Shown: positions 34,801 to 46,087, counted from the first letter of the stretch. The stretch: 64,000 nucleotides of DNA from Monocercomonoides exilis PA203 (GCA_001643675.2 LSRY02000041.1:682001-746000); one strand, 5' to 3'. Made by a program: numbers and translations. The notes: generated from the sequence alone by a model not told the origin.

Positions 34801-37800
34801 CCTCCTTCATTCAATTCAAACAGCATCGCCCCTCCCTTTGTGCTTCTTCCACAGCTGCACCCTTCAAACAGTGAATCTTCAACAACAAGCCTCACTACGC
34901 TCTCACTTCTGCTCGAAATAATACACGGATCAACTCCTTCTCCTTCAACTGATCCAATACTGCAATTCTTCATCCTCATCTCACCTCCTCCATTTACTCT
35001 CTCTCCTTCAATTTCAAATAAATTACCACTCTCCAATTTCGCTTCAATAACTGTGAATTCATCAATCACACTCACAACTTCTCCACTCACCACAAACGCA
35101 CTTCTCTTCCCAAAATATGAAAGCACTTTGAACATCTTCATCTCTAACTCCCCTTTCTTCACAACACAAAATGCAACATCTCCCATCCCTTCTCTCTTTC
35201 CCTTCCATGAGATCGAACAGTCTTCCCATTCAACTTTCCCTCCCTCACTCACAATCGTCCCTGATTCTCCACTTCCAAAAACATTCATCACACACATCTC
35301 CAATGCTCTCAGAGTGACTGCTCCACTGTTGCGAAGACACGCTTTTGCTCCACTTTCTCCATCACTCCCCAACACAACTGTTCCATGTTCCATCTCATCA
35401 TATCCTGCTCCCACAGATTCCACCTCAATCCCGCTCAAATCATGTTCCTCTTCCACTCTTATCTTTTCCTTCACCCTCACAACTTTTCTCTCTCCTCCTC
35501 TCTCAATGTGCTTCAATCCCATCTCCAATGTCTCACACGGATCCTCTTCACTCCCACATCGCACAACATCGTCTCCATTTTCCCACACCACAATCCTCTC
35601 GCTCATGTATTCAATCACAAATCGCAACAGATCTGTGTTCATCCGCTTTTCATCACTTCCAACAAATGCATTCGTATCATCTTCCATCCCTTCAATATCA
35701 ATAGCAAATGTCTCATTCCTCACTGTCACATTCAGATCTGAATCCAAAATGAACATGTTCTTCCCCATAAATGCCTCATTCCCAGCAAACTTCACTCCCT
35801 CAAACTTGAATGGCATTCCTCCCCTCCTTTCACTGCAATTCACATACATCCATCCTCCTTTCCCACAACTCACTTTCTCTGCTGAACATCTCTCCATCAT
35901 CCCCTCTTTCACATGAATCATCCCTGAATCAAGGATATTCACCCTCACAGCCCCACCACTCATGCTCTCTCCTCCTGTGATGCTACTCATGTTGCTCTGT
36001 TCTATCTTCATCACTCTCTTCACCTCGGCACATATCACAGCTGACTCATCTGCACCAACAACCGACAGGCTTCCAAACGAGCAGTTGCTGATGCTAACAG
36101 ACTCACTCTCTGCTCCATTCTGTTCCATCCCAAGAAGAGCAAGATCCATCAGACACTTTCTTGTCCTGATGTTATTTATTGATATCCACTTCATCCTCAC
36201 AGCTTGTCCACAGCTCCTGATGATTCTATATTCTATTGCCTCTTCTTCCCCTTCCTGCATCCCAAACGAACACAATTCCATCTCCAAAACACCACTCACT
36301 GTTGATGAGCTTATCACTGCATCCTTCCTCTGTTCAAATGATCCAGGCAATTCAAACCAAACATTCACAAACACACTCACTCCTTTCGAATCAAGAACAC
36401 TTTCCCCCTCTCCATCAATTCCTTTCTTCACAACCACTTTCTTTTTCTTGTTATCTTTCCCTTCAATCCGAACTCCACTCGCATCTCCCACCTTCTCAAC
36501 ACTTGTGCTCCCACTAATCACTATTTTCTTTTCTCCCTCTCCACCAAACCTCCCAATTCCATAATCCACACTCCTGCACGGACAGTTCTCCATCCCACAC
36601 CAAATTCCATTGTCTCCATTCTCACTCTCCACCTCAATTACAGGCGAGCTGTATCCATCAATGAATATGAACAGATCAACCTCACTCACAAACTTCTGCC
36701 TATCCTTCCCTATCAGGGAATTCTCTCTCTCACTAATCTCTCCACTGAACGAGAAACCACTTCCATTCACAACCCTCCTCAAATCATCACACACAACAAA
36801 CACATCCCTCCCGCTCCTTGCTCTGTTCTCTTCAAACCTCACTCCACTGAGATCAAAACTGCATCTCTCTCCTTCTATCACCAGCCGCAACCCTCCTCCA
36901 CACCCTCCTCCATTCATAGTTCCTTCTATTCCTGCTGTGCATGTTTTCATCAGTGTCACTTCTGCTTCGCTCCTGATTCTCAGTTGCGCATTCTCTTTCA
37001 AATCTATCATCATTCCTCCTCCATTTCCTTTCTCTGCAGCGCATTCCTCAACACTTGTGTTCCACAAGTCTATTTCACCACCTTCTCCAACCATTCCACT
37101 CATCATACCTCCATCTCCATCACTCACTCGGACATTGCTCCCATTGCATCCCCAGATAGATATCTCCTTTGCCTCAACTTCTTTTATAATCCCTGAATCA
37201 ACAAAATTACATAAACTCCACTTGCATTCACTCATCCTTGCAATACAGTTGCTCCCTGCACAAATCAAACTGCTTCTTCCCATTTCACACACACTGATAA
37301 TCACACTTTCTCCTGTGATTGTGCTTCCTCCCTCACAAACAACAAATCCCATTTCTCCTTCAAAGGTGATATCATTCAGCTCCACATTCTTCAACGAGAC
37401 AGATGATAATACCCCATTCGCTCTTATCACAGGCTTACCAAACCTCATTGATGCAAATCTCAGTGAAGTCACATTCGCCTCTCCCTTTTCCACAATCAGC
37501 AAGCTGTATCCAACATAACTCACTCCAACTCCAAATGTGACATCACATTCACTCAAGTTCAGTGTTTCTCCTTTCAGCTGGAATATCGCTTCATGATGCT
37601 CAAGAACAGATGGCATCACCAGCCCAATCTTCCTCATCCTTGTTTCCTTCAACACCACAAACACCCCAATGCATCTTTCCTCATCTCCTTTCCATGCAGC
37701 CTCACCTCCAATAACAAGTGATCCATCATCCCCTGTTCCTTCTATCACCCTTGCCATTTTCGAAAAGACCACTGTCGAGCCAACCTCAACTCCATTTCCA

Positions 37801-40508
37801 ACTTTGATTGTCGCTGTTGTTGTTCCATCTGCTGATGTGTTCTCTTCCCTCTCAATTTGGTAGTTCAATGTTCGACACTCGAAAAATGTGTGTCCGCACA
37901 TTGGATGATCTGCCCCTGAAGATGAAACATAGATCTCACTCCTTGGAACATCCAGGAGATAGCACACAATCGGAATCACCAGTGTTGCATTGTTCGTGTC
38001 TCCCACTCCCTCCACTTCATGTGCTTTTTCACTCAAAAGCGAAACAAATCCATATCTCCCTTTCGGAACCAATTCCAGCTGATACGATGTTATAAACACA
38101 TTTACCCCATGTTCTGCATGGTTGTTTTCAAATACCACATTCACAATCTCAAACACACTTGATGGAGAAGACAACTCCAAAAACACACCTCCTCCACTTC
38201 CCTCCTCCTCTCCACTTCCCTTCTCTGCCCCACATTCTCCAATTTCTGTTACAACATTTGTTCTGCCAATCTTGAATGTTCCACTTTCATCGACTCTCCA
38301 AGCAATGCTTCCTCCATTCCCTTCCTTGCACACACAGTTTCTGAATGTGGTGTTCTCCAGCTCCCATGAATCTCTTCTCTCGCTTAGAGTGCTGAATATC
38401 ACCCCATCCCTTCTCATCCGACTGATCCTTTGGATCGTCACATTTCCCAGTATCCCTCTCCCAACTCCACTTTCCTCCTCTTCCTCAAACAATGAGCAAT
38501 CGCTCAGACCAATATCCTCAATCAAACAGTTTTCCATCTTCATTTTCTCAAATATCACTTTGAACGGTGAAACATCAAATGTGTGTGTCTGCCCATCTTT
38601 TGCCCCTGATATGATCACACTCTTCAGTGTCAGTTTCTGTGCTTCTTTTCGCATCTCAAACAATGAAGATGATGATTCTGCGCGGTTGTGTCGAATTGTT
38701 ACCAAAGACAATCCCATCGATCCCGAATCCAATGTGAACAAACACTCATGAGAATTCAGCTTTTTTGTGGAAATGATACACTCACTCTCGCTTTCGCCCT
38801 TGAACGAAATATCTCCCCCTCCAATGAACAGGGCCATTGAAGAATAGGTCGATCGAAGAATATTCACTGTTCCCTCTGCTCCTTTCTCAATCATGTTGTA
38901 TGCCTGCTCAATCGTGTTGCATGGGCTGGTCTGTGTTGTTCCACAGATAGGACCTTCAATCCCATCTGCTTTGACATACGTTGTACGCACTGTTGGAAGC
39001 CATGCATCGTAATCTGTTTGGCTGTTATTGTAAAATACTCTCTTTGAGGGGGTTGTTGAGAACGATGACTCAAATGGCGAACCTTTCAAAAGAGAGTTTT
39101 TGATTTTGACATCATGACCTTCTTCATTTATTGCCTTGTTTCCACTGAATAAGCAAAATGATATCAATTTTGGAGATGGATCAGTTTCCATCCAACTTGC
39201 TGAATATAATAGTATTCCTCCACCTCCACCTTCTGAAATGCCTGCTTCTGTTCCATTTGCCTTGTTCCCTTCAAATTCACATTCTGAAATTAAAAATGTG
39301 TTTGTTTGCCTCTCCATATATAATCCTCCTCCAAAAGATCCCGCTTCATTGCGAATAAATTTGCATTTCTCAATCATCTCATTTTCGTTGCCAGAAGATT
39401 GATAAATGCGCAAGCCTCCCACGCTATGTACAATTGCTTTACATTCACAAAAGACACATTCAGTAAATAAATAATCGCCTTTCAACTGGAAAATAATCAT
39501 TCCGCCTGTTTTATCTTCCGCTATGCAATTTGAGAAATCACATTTCGTCATTTTCACCCCTGCTGCTGATTGAACATCAACAGCTCCATCACATTCATGA
39601 CTTAAATTCTTGAATGAGCATCTACTGCACTCAAGAGTCGAATCTCCATTCAAATAAATTGCACTGCCTGAATTTTCTGAATTTAAATCGTGCCATTCGC
39701 AGTCGGTGAAAATATGTGTTTCATTTGCTCCCAGTACATTCCTTACCATGTTGCGTCCGCCTGATTCATTGACATTCATCGCTCGAAAGCAGCACTCAAA
39801 TGAGGTGTTTGTTGCTCTCAGCGAGGCACATGGGCTGTTCACTGACCTTAAAATGCCCCCATAAATAGCATCCCAAACTCTGAAAAACGAGCAGCCTTCA
39901 ATCATTGTTTCTGTTCTCGCTCTCAAGTCCATTTCTCTTTGCGCTCCTGAAGCAATAGAAATATTTGTCATCTTCAAGCCAGAGGTTTTCACAAAGCAGC
40001 TCGCATTCGGTGCAAGAAATGGAGCAGATGCCAATTCAAATGATAAAAACGACGAGTCAGAAAGAGATAAAGCATGTGTCTCGCGAAAAGGAGGCATTGA
40101 CAAAAATGAGCAAAAAAGTCGAGGAATTGGTGCAAATGGCTTTGAATTCAAGATCGTAAGATTTACAAAATTCACGTTTCCTCCATTGACCACAAATGGA
40201 CAAGTCTTCAACGAAATTGAAATGGAAAGTTCCTCCGCGTCAAGACTTCCTCCCTCGCAAATCAAAAAACCATGTTTTCGCTCACACTGCATCTGCAAAA
40301 TACTTGATGCCTTCAGCGAAGAGTTAATTGCATAACATGTTGAGTATATTGTGCTCCATCGGTCATACAATTGTGTGCTTGTGCTGTTGAAGAATCCTTG
40401 CGAAGATAATGCTTCTTCAGCATTCACTTGAAGTATTTCCTTGTTCAATGCATCTTTCATGCAAAACGTTGCAGTGACACACAGAAAAATAGCATACAGA
40501 AACTGCAT
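31815..40508 (-). CDS. Large type-I membrane protein: repeated beta-helix (Pmp/pectin-lyase-like) ectodomain, TM, cytoplasmic truncated kinase-like C-lobe
   Basis: Signal peptide MQFLYAIFLCVTATFC; recurring GGG(L/V/I) and FxxNxA motifs; five CGxxxxxC modules; TM WSLVAFIMCAVVVAILLFVIVMMVVV; RWKAPE..VVFTLGLILHEMTTGEVPF..RP..SRPTF (kinase subdomains VIII-XI). Confidence 0.85.
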   Translation of the reverse strand: MQFLYAIFLCVTATFCMKDALNKEILQVNAEEALSSQGFFNSTSTQLYDRWSTIYSTCYAINSSLKASSILQMQCERKHGFLICEGGSLDAEELSISISLKTCPFVVNGGNVNFVNLTILNSKPFAPIPRLFCSFLSMPPFRETHALSLSDSSFLSFELASAPFLAPNASCFVKTSGLKMTNISIASGAQREMDLRARTETMIEGCSFFRVWDAIYGGILRSVNSPCASLRATNTSFECCFRAMNVNESGGRNMVRNVLGANETHIFTDCEWHDLNSENSGSAIYLNGDSTLECSRCSFKNLSHECDGAVDVQSAAGVKMTKCDFSNCIAEDKTGGMIIFQLKGDYLFTECVFCECKAIVHSVGGLRIYQSSGNENEMIEKCKFIRNEAGSFGGGLYMERQTNTFLISECEFEGNKANGTEAGISEGGGGGILLYSASWMETDPSPKLISFCLFSGNKAINEEGHDVKIKNSLLKGSPFESSFSTTPSKRVFYNNSQTDYDAWLPTVRTTYVKADGIEGPICGTTQTSPCNTIEQAYNMIEKGAEGTVNILRSTYSSMALFIGGGDISFKGESESECIISTKKLNSHECLFTLDSGSMGLSLVTIRHNRAESSSSLFEMRKEAQKLTLKSVIISGAKDGQTHTFDVSPFKVIFEKMKMENCLIEDIGLSDCSLFEEEEESGVGRGILGNVTIQRISRMRRDGVIFSTLSERRDSWELENTTFRNCVCKEGNGGSIAWRVDESGTFKIGRTNVVTEIGECGAEKGSGEEEGSGGGVFLELSSPSSVFEIVNVVFENNHAEHGVNVFITSYQLELVPKGRYGFVSLLSEKAHEVEGVGDTNNATLVIPIVCYLLDVPRSEIYVSSSGADHPMCGHTFFECRTLNYQIEREENTSADGTTTATIKVGNGVEVGSTVVFSKMARVIEGTGDDGSLVIGGEAAWKGDEERCIGVFVVLKETRMRKIGLVMPSVLEHHEAIFQLKGETLNLSECDVTFGVGVSYVGYSLLIVEKGEANVTSLRFASMRFGKPVIRANGVLSSVSLKNVELNDITFEGEMGFVVCEGGSTITGESVIISVCEMGRSSLICAGSNCIARMSECKWSLCNFVDSGIIKEVEAKEISIWGCNGSNVRVSDGDGGMMSGMVGEGGEIDLWNTSVEECAAEKGNGGGMMIDLKENAQLRIRSEAEVTLMKTCTAGIEGTMNGGGCGGGLRLVIEGERCSFDLSGVRFEENRARSGRDVFVVCDDLRRVVNGSGFSFSGEISERENSLIGKDRQKFVSEVDLFIFIDGYSSPVIEVESENGDNGIWCGMENCPCRSVDYGIGRFGGEGEKKIVISGSTSVEKVGDASGVRIEGKDNKKKKVVVKKGIDGEGESVLDSKGVSVFVNVWFELPGSFEQRKDAVISSSTVSGVLEMELCSFGMQEGEEEAIEYRIIRSCGQAVRMKWISINNIRTRKCLMDLALLGMEQNGAESESVSISNCSFGSLSVVGADESAVICAEVKRVMKIEQSNMSSITGGESMSGGAVRVNILDSGMIHVKEGMMERCSAEKVSCGKGGWMYVNCSERRGGMPFKFEGVKFAGNEAFMGKNMFILDSDLNVTVRNETFAIDIEGMEDDTNAFVGSDEKRMNTDLLRFVIEYMSERIVVWENGDDVVRCGSEEDPCETLEMGLKHIERGGERKVVRVKEKIRVEEEHDLSGIEVESVGAGYDEMEHGTVVLGSDGESGAKACLRNSGAVTLRALEMCVMNVFGSGESGTIVSEGGKVEWEDCSISWKGKREGMGDVAFCVVKKGELEMKMFKVLSYFGKRSAFVVSGEVVSVIDEFTVIEAKLESGNLFEIEGERVNGGGEMRMKNCSIGSVEGEGVDPCIISSRSESVVRLVVEDSLFEGCSCGRSTKGGAMLFELNEGGWFDVVNTSVKQCGCSVSEGKGGGVYLKTEVRGELDYVFDGVIFRRNTAKVGNDVFIVCDCIERQINETQFNLDFRDVEFIRQNAIYGMDAGEHKEEAMDLMSLIVKYQSDTIVVSNKEGKGGSNEQQCGKPSLPCVTIGFGLRHLTHDFFSQAFVDEESVIDEEIGLDTLTLSGMHEVQSRVVVKGRMNCSKEMIVETKGQVNMRWIQFAFEEVESAQAQLPTTHSSFMTISSGKTSISMCSFEGVSSAEKEMVQVQFCLIFVERGKCSMGDVSVSWLSFDGEAVMLMKEDAEVNVLTLRNIEGSKDCMKISGVVNVKMEKVEVGNVKIKNGWFLNVSGGGPGSNNREKSEFSFSILSSSFENITCADERTCVVDVEEMEGNVEFSNCSFGGCSSKRKKGKLMKLEDCTDVKMDCCIFDGSSNERNEKNSNTEEEEMCRWDGSLVDVVKSSVLMKDTTISNSPKGGITMSGGSVEIEKGEFINNNPSIEKYPSLRRNIICSDSGTLNVKSLKGGDGVLPNTSLWMLNNGCSFEGIVSERYSSFFIPVLESVEAKETTDRMKLTFKGLLLIPCNLSFSVVKRNGEEKEIEKHNFDSNKFLSEREVEGSAAKDFIKSCGNDVEVSVSILFGNTESPLSTNSFILKNRSVSEGKGDEKIAEGEDKIEWSLVAFIMCAVVVAILLFVIVMMVVVQRRKLKESEKRVEKERLENQQMMEKMERRRSENNGGNFEMSEMPSTLLEGMTSQIPLLIDNDEDLPEPPSMSNDEILNENDHPDLESPIPFSENASASGVPQSHSFNMMSAKKPFREKEKKNIKTLHSAIHSVQGNFTLGTRAMDVVDGKEVVLAVAELFEHLISVGDERMEMMARQLCPYSIFVEEGNENEIFVLTEELKDKKEKEEMKRWKAPEIGNEDEGVEKGVVFTLGLILHEMTTGEVPFSECIAEEAQEMMRDGVRPLTEGIEGEEMVGLMEKMWADEPDSRPTFGEVISKMEIVEN

Positions 40509-40919
40509 GATCAAGTCGATGCGTTATAACCTCTGCGAAGCAAGCAAAAAATTAAAGAAAAAACGCACTGCACGATCATTCCCATTTTATTTTGAATATG
40601 AAAATTTTTTATTTTCTGTTATTCGGATTTTAATATTGATTGTTATAAATATATTTCCGATCATTAATAGTGATGTTTCAGAATGGAACCAAATCATTGA
40701 GTTAGCTTTAATCCTGTTAAATTTATGTATCATTTTAATAATAGCATTTTCAAATTTTTGATTGAAATTAGAAAATTAAATATTTTTATTTTAAATTGCA
40801 CTTGTTCGATCAGATATCTGAGCTTGATTGTCAACAATGAATGTTCATATTTTTGAAAATTTTTTATTTGTTCCTTTTTGAACAAATATGATTGGCTAAT
40901 TCAACTGGACGGGTTGTTT

Positions 40920-41926
40920 TTTTTATCCGAACAAAATTTTAAATTTGAATATCTCACCAAATATTTAATATCAATTTACTGCAATTTGCAAAGTTGGACA
41001 TTAACGTGCACAACATCTATTTTTACACAAAATTTTTAATTGCATTGATGTTTGCTTTTTGAAATATATAATTTTTATTTTTGAAAATCCAACTTTTGAT
41101 GAGTTTTTCTATTTTAATAAAACGATTTAGTTCATCTTTAATTCATTGTAATTATCTTTTTATGTTATTAACAATTCTGGTTATTATTTATTTTCGGCAA
41201 TTTGCTCGTTTGGACTGAATGGAAAGCTATCATTTTTGAAAAAACGCAGTCAATGGGATAACTAAAAAAATTTTTTTCCAAAATTCATAAGCACATATGT
41301 GAATTAAACACATGCAATAATAAATATGACAGTTATATTCAATTATGACATTTTTAAAATTTCAAATAATTTAATATTCATTTCATAAATGGAATTTGTT
41401 TTCAAATTTTAAGATTTTTTCTGATCATTTTCATTGAAATTATTACCATATCGTGTTTTATGTAATGAATATTAAATTATTTGAAATTTTAAAAATGTCA
41501 TAATTGAATATAACTGTCATATTTATTATTGCATGTGTTTAATTCACATATGTGCTTATGAATTTTGGAAAAAAATTTTTTTAGTTATCCCATTGACTGC
41601 GTTTTTTCAAAAATGATAGCTTTCCATTCAGTCCAAACGAGCAAATTGCCGAAAATAAATAATAACCAGAATTGTTAATAACATAAAAAGATAATTACAA
41701 TGAATTAAAGATGAACTAAATCGTTTTATTAAAATAGAAAAACTCATCAAAAGTTGGATTTTCAAAAATAAAAATTATATATTTCAAAAAGCAAACATCA
41801 ATGCAATTAAAAATTTTGTGTAAAAATAGATGTTGTGCACGTTAATGTCCAACTTTGCAAATTGCAGTAAATTGATATTAAATATTTGGTGAGATATTCA
41901 AATTTAAAATTTTGTTCGGATAAAAA
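40920..41926. repeat. Near-perfect ~1-kb palindrome (470-bp arms, 67-bp spacer)
   Basis: Arm 40920-41389 is the reverse complement of 41457-41926. Coordinates sum equally at both ends, so there is no net indel. One mismatch seen next to the spacer. Confidence 0.95.
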
Positions 41927-42201
41927 TAACCATTTTAATAAATGTCCTGAATTTTTGTTATTGAAAAACCATTATTATTCAAATGCTTACAAAAATTTTT
42001 CAAATCATAATATGTGTCATTATTTTTTTCGTAAAGTCCCTTTTGTTTAATTGATAGATGAAAATATGAACTAAGTATTTTTCACATATTACCATTCCAA
42101 CTTTTCAAATTTCACCTTCATAAAACAAATCACATTGTTTAGAATTTATTACCATTCCGGGATCCTTTGTGAGTTGGCTTTGAAAAATTGGTAATATATT
42201 T

Positions 42202-42454
42202 GGGTGATTATTTATGAAATCATATTTTTTCTATCAAAAATTTCGGTAAGAATATTTTTTTGAATATTCGTGAACGAACCTTGAAAAGTGAAAGATCAAT
42301 TTTATGACACCTATGCTATTTTTGAGAAAAACTGTGGCTTTTGAAACGATGAATAAACATTATTCATTAGAATGAAAATTATTTAACCAATGACAATGAA
42401 TATTCATAATAATGAACACTCCGAAAAAAGTTATAAATTCAAAAATAATTACCC
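42202..42454. mobile_element. MITE, TIR GGGTRATTATTT, 4-bp TSD ATTT
   Basis: attt|gggtgattatttatgaa ... ttcaaaaataattaccc|attt. Confidence 0.85.
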
Positions 42455-42526
42455 ATTTGAATTTTAGTTTTGCCTGAAAACAAATCAAAAAAAACTTTTT
42501 TTGAAAAATTTAAAAATTTGAATTAT

Positions 42527-42782
42527 TCATTATTATTTTCGGAATCATATTTTTTCTGTTGAAAATTTCTGATTGAACATTTGAAAGGAATATTCAAGAA
42601 TGGACCCTGAAAAGTGATTGATTTTTTTGATGATGCAGCTTCTCTTATTTCATGTCAAACTTTGGTTTTTGAAACGAATGATAAGCATTTTATGTTTTCA
42701 TGACAAACATTCAGCAAATGATAATGAATTTTGAAAATAATAATAACACCGAAAAAAGTTATGATTTCAAAAATTATCACCC
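42527..42782. mobile_element. Second, 5'-eroded copy of the same MITE family
   Basis: Colinear with 42202-42454 (aatcatattttttct, tgaaaagtga, ttttgaaacga, ccgaaaaaagttat, ttcaaaaattatcacc). Left TIR is degenerate and no TSD is visible. Confidence 0.7.
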
Positions 42783-42793
42783 CTGTTATATGT

Positions 42794-43295
42794 GGGAAAT
42801 TATTAATAAATCCATATTTTCTCTTTCAAAAATTTCTGTTTGAAATTTTTCTTTGAATGCGGATAAATGAACAATGAAAAGTTATTCCTTCTTTGAAATG
42901 GGTAATTATTTTTTGAAAAGTCGCAAATGTCTAATTTTTATTTAAATCAAAAATTTCATATCTTGTTCAAATTTCTGTTACAGCTCATGCAACTTCACCA
43001 AAGTGGAGGATATAATTTGACAATGCTATTTAACACATTTCTGTGAAGTTACATGAGCGGAAACCGAAATTTGATCAAGATATGAAATTTTTGATTTATT
43101 TGAAAATTAAACATTTGCGACTGTTCAAAAATAATTACCCAAATAAAAAATTTTTTTGAATTAAATCTCAAACATTGTTTTCATAAACAATTATCATATT
43201 ATTCTTTTTTAATTGAATTTTTCCTCTTTATTGAAATGAAAACCTTATAAAAATCAACATTCCGGAAAAAGAAATGACTTCAAAAATAATCACCC
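42794..43295. mobile_element. Third MITE copy, TSD ATGT, interrupted by a nested element
   Basis: atgt|gggaaattatt ... caaaaataatcaccc|atgt. Removing 42900-43144 leaves about 257 bp colinear with the other copies. Confidence 0.8.
42900..43140. mobile_element. Nested foldback MITE with ~100-bp arms, TSD AAAT
   Basis: aaat|gggtaattattttttgaaaagtcgcaaatgt ... acatttgcgactgttcaaaaataattaccc|aaat. Confidence 0.9.
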
Positions 43296-43600
43296 ATGTT
43301 CCTTCTTAACCAAATATTCTTTCTAGGTGCATCATTCTTCAAACTTAATCTCTTGTTAAAAAAAAATCATCTGAAACTTAGATTAAATGAAATTAAAACT
43401 ATTATAATCAATTATCACTTTTCTCCGATAATAATTTTTTTTTGTGGAAGTCAAACTTAAGATTTTTGAAGTCAATTTTGTTTAAACAAAATGAAACGAT
43501 CTTGTTTTGCTTTTTCAGAAAATATTAAGTTTACTGAAAGATCAAAAATGCCATAGTAAATTAATACTGTAATTTTATCATTATTTATTCGAGTTATTCA

Positions 43601-45592
43601 ATGTGCAACATTATATTACACCAGCCAATATTATACTCCAAAAAGAGAAAAGAAAACTACTTTCTTTTGATTGAATCTACGACCTCATTGGAGAATTGTT
43701 TTTTGTCTCAAACTCAAAGTTCTTTATTATTGCAAAACGACAGCATAATATCTGGAACCATTTCAACTGGCTGGCCTAATATCTCTTTTTGTTGCGACAT
43801 TTTTAAAAGACAAAAGTTGAAATTTGATTCATCAATTTCAATCCATTGCTTTCTAATTCATCAAACTCTTTCACAATTTTTTGATGGTAAAAATTCAAAT
43901 CAAAAATCGGAAAACTTTCTTGAACATGCAAATTCGAACTGTTATCTGGACGATAATTTCTGTTATGTGAAGTTAAATCATCCAATTTTTGGAAAAAAAG
44001 AAAATCGTGTTCAAAAGTTTCCAGTCTCAACAACAACTTCCCACGTTCCATACTCAAAGTTTTTTGTGGTGAATGATTTAGTTTATTCGATGTCATTTCG
44101 ATCATGTGATCTTCTGTACATTGGAAAATCATTTCAATCTCTTCCATCAGACATTAAATTAATTATTCCTCGCAACTCCTTATTCATCGATGTTGATTCT
44201 GCACTGTTTTATGTTCCTCCTACAGTGGCATTACGTAAAATTTTTTCGAAATTCTTAGCATTGCTTTCATATCAATTTGAAGGAATTTCATCAAATAGCC
44301 TTTCATTAAACATTAAGGGGAAATATCACAGACTATCTGAGAATGCTCAGTTGCATTGGATAACCGACAGGATAAAACTCAGCAGGTTTGATGCAATGCC
44401 GTATCCGTTGGTGTCTGCGGCTTCCATGCCATTATTTTTGCATCCATACGCGCCCGTTTCTGGTGCTGCCAAAGTTGGCCAAGACCTTCCTCATTCATCA
44501 ACACCCTTCTCTTCCCAACTCGCAAGCTCTGCTGCTCTTTTGCCTCTTTCGCAATCATCCCACACCCGCTTCAGCCTCCGCCCCCGCCTCCGCCAGCCAG
44601 CGCGCCTCGATTGCCGCGCGAAAGACAGCAACAGCGACGACGAGAAAGAAGAGAAAGAGGAGAAAGAAGAGAAGGACGATAAAGAAGAGAAGGACGAGAA
44701 AGAAGAGAAAGACAATGAAGAAGAAAAAGAAGATCCGAACAACAGCGGAATTGGTTCGCCTCGCGATCGTGTTGCCAAAAGAGACAGAGACGCCCTGACA
44801 CGCCTGGCGCTGCACCTGATGATGCTCTGTGCTTCTGAGAAGATCCGCCAGTCACTTCATTCATCTTCATCATCATCATCATCATCATCATCATCTTCTT
44901 CTTCTTCTTCTTATCCTCCTCATCCTTCTTCTTCTTCTTCTTCTTCTTCTTCTTCTTCTTCTTCTTCTTCTTCTTCTTCTTCTTCTCCACCGTTTCCACC
45001 CCATCTATCATCACACTCATCAAATTCCCTCTTCACCTCACTTTCCTCTGGGTCTGGCAACACCACCAGCTTCACAAGCGCCGAATGCAACGCTTCTTCT
45101 CCTCTCTTCCATCTTCTGCAGACGTCGCGCTTTCTGCCGGCAAAACGCACAGATCTTTCTCTCCTCCGCCGCCTCCTCACCCAAATGGCCTGCCTGATGC
45201 ACCACTTTATAGCCCCTTCGCCTGCTTCCTCTGCCCTCAGCTATCCTTCAACTGCTTTTGCTCATTCTTCAGAGAGACATGAAGGATCGCTGCCTTCCTC
45301 GCTGCTGGGATCAGCTGAGTCACAGTTGTCGTGTTCTCATCTTTCGGCTTCTTTCTCTGCAACGTCTTCGAATTCTCCTTCTTCGACTTCTTCTTCTTCT
45401 CCTATTCCTTCTTCTCTTCCTTCTTCACTGCCTTGTTTTCAACTTCCTCCTTCTTCAACACCATCATCTGCTTCTTCTTCTTCTTCTTCTTCTTTCATTT
45501 CTCCAGAAATTAATAATCTTAATACATTCAATGCTTCTGCTGCATATTCCTCTTTCCCTTCCTCACACGATTATCCACTTCATCATTCCTCG

Positions 45593-45623
<31 letters not shown>

Positions 45624-46054
45624 CTTCTTCTTCTCTCTCGTTCTCATTCACTTCACAAGCAGCTATCCCTTCCTCTCTCTCCGTCTCACCCATTTCATCC
45701 TCATTCTCTTCTTCTTCTTCTGTTGCTTCTTCTGTTGCTTCTTCTCTTTCTTCTTCTTCTCTTTCTTCTTCCTCTCTTTCTTCTTCTTCTTCTTCTCCTC
45801 CTCCTTCTCATTCAATTGCTGCTTCTGCTTTTGAACCTCCTTCAGAACAAACCCATCCGTCTTCATATTCACACACAACTGATCTGTTTACACCTTCTTC
45901 ACGACCTCTTCGTTCCACTTCAATGAGCGCTTCTTCTTCTTCTTCTTCTTCCTCTTCCTCTTCTTCTCGTTCCACTTCATCATTTTCTTCCCCTCCTCCT
46001 CCTCCTTCTCCTCCTTCCTCTTCTGTTTCTTCCGTTCCTTCATCTCTTCCTTCT

Positions 46055-46087
<33 letters not shown>

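Noticed and set aside
32788-38751. Long plus-strand ORFs antisense to the receptor gene
   Set aside because: They arise from the codon bias of the minus-strand gene and have no independent motifs.
42180-43300. CRISPR-like or satellite array
   Set aside because: The repeats are inverted termini with TSDs and homologous bodies, not direct repeats with unique spacers.
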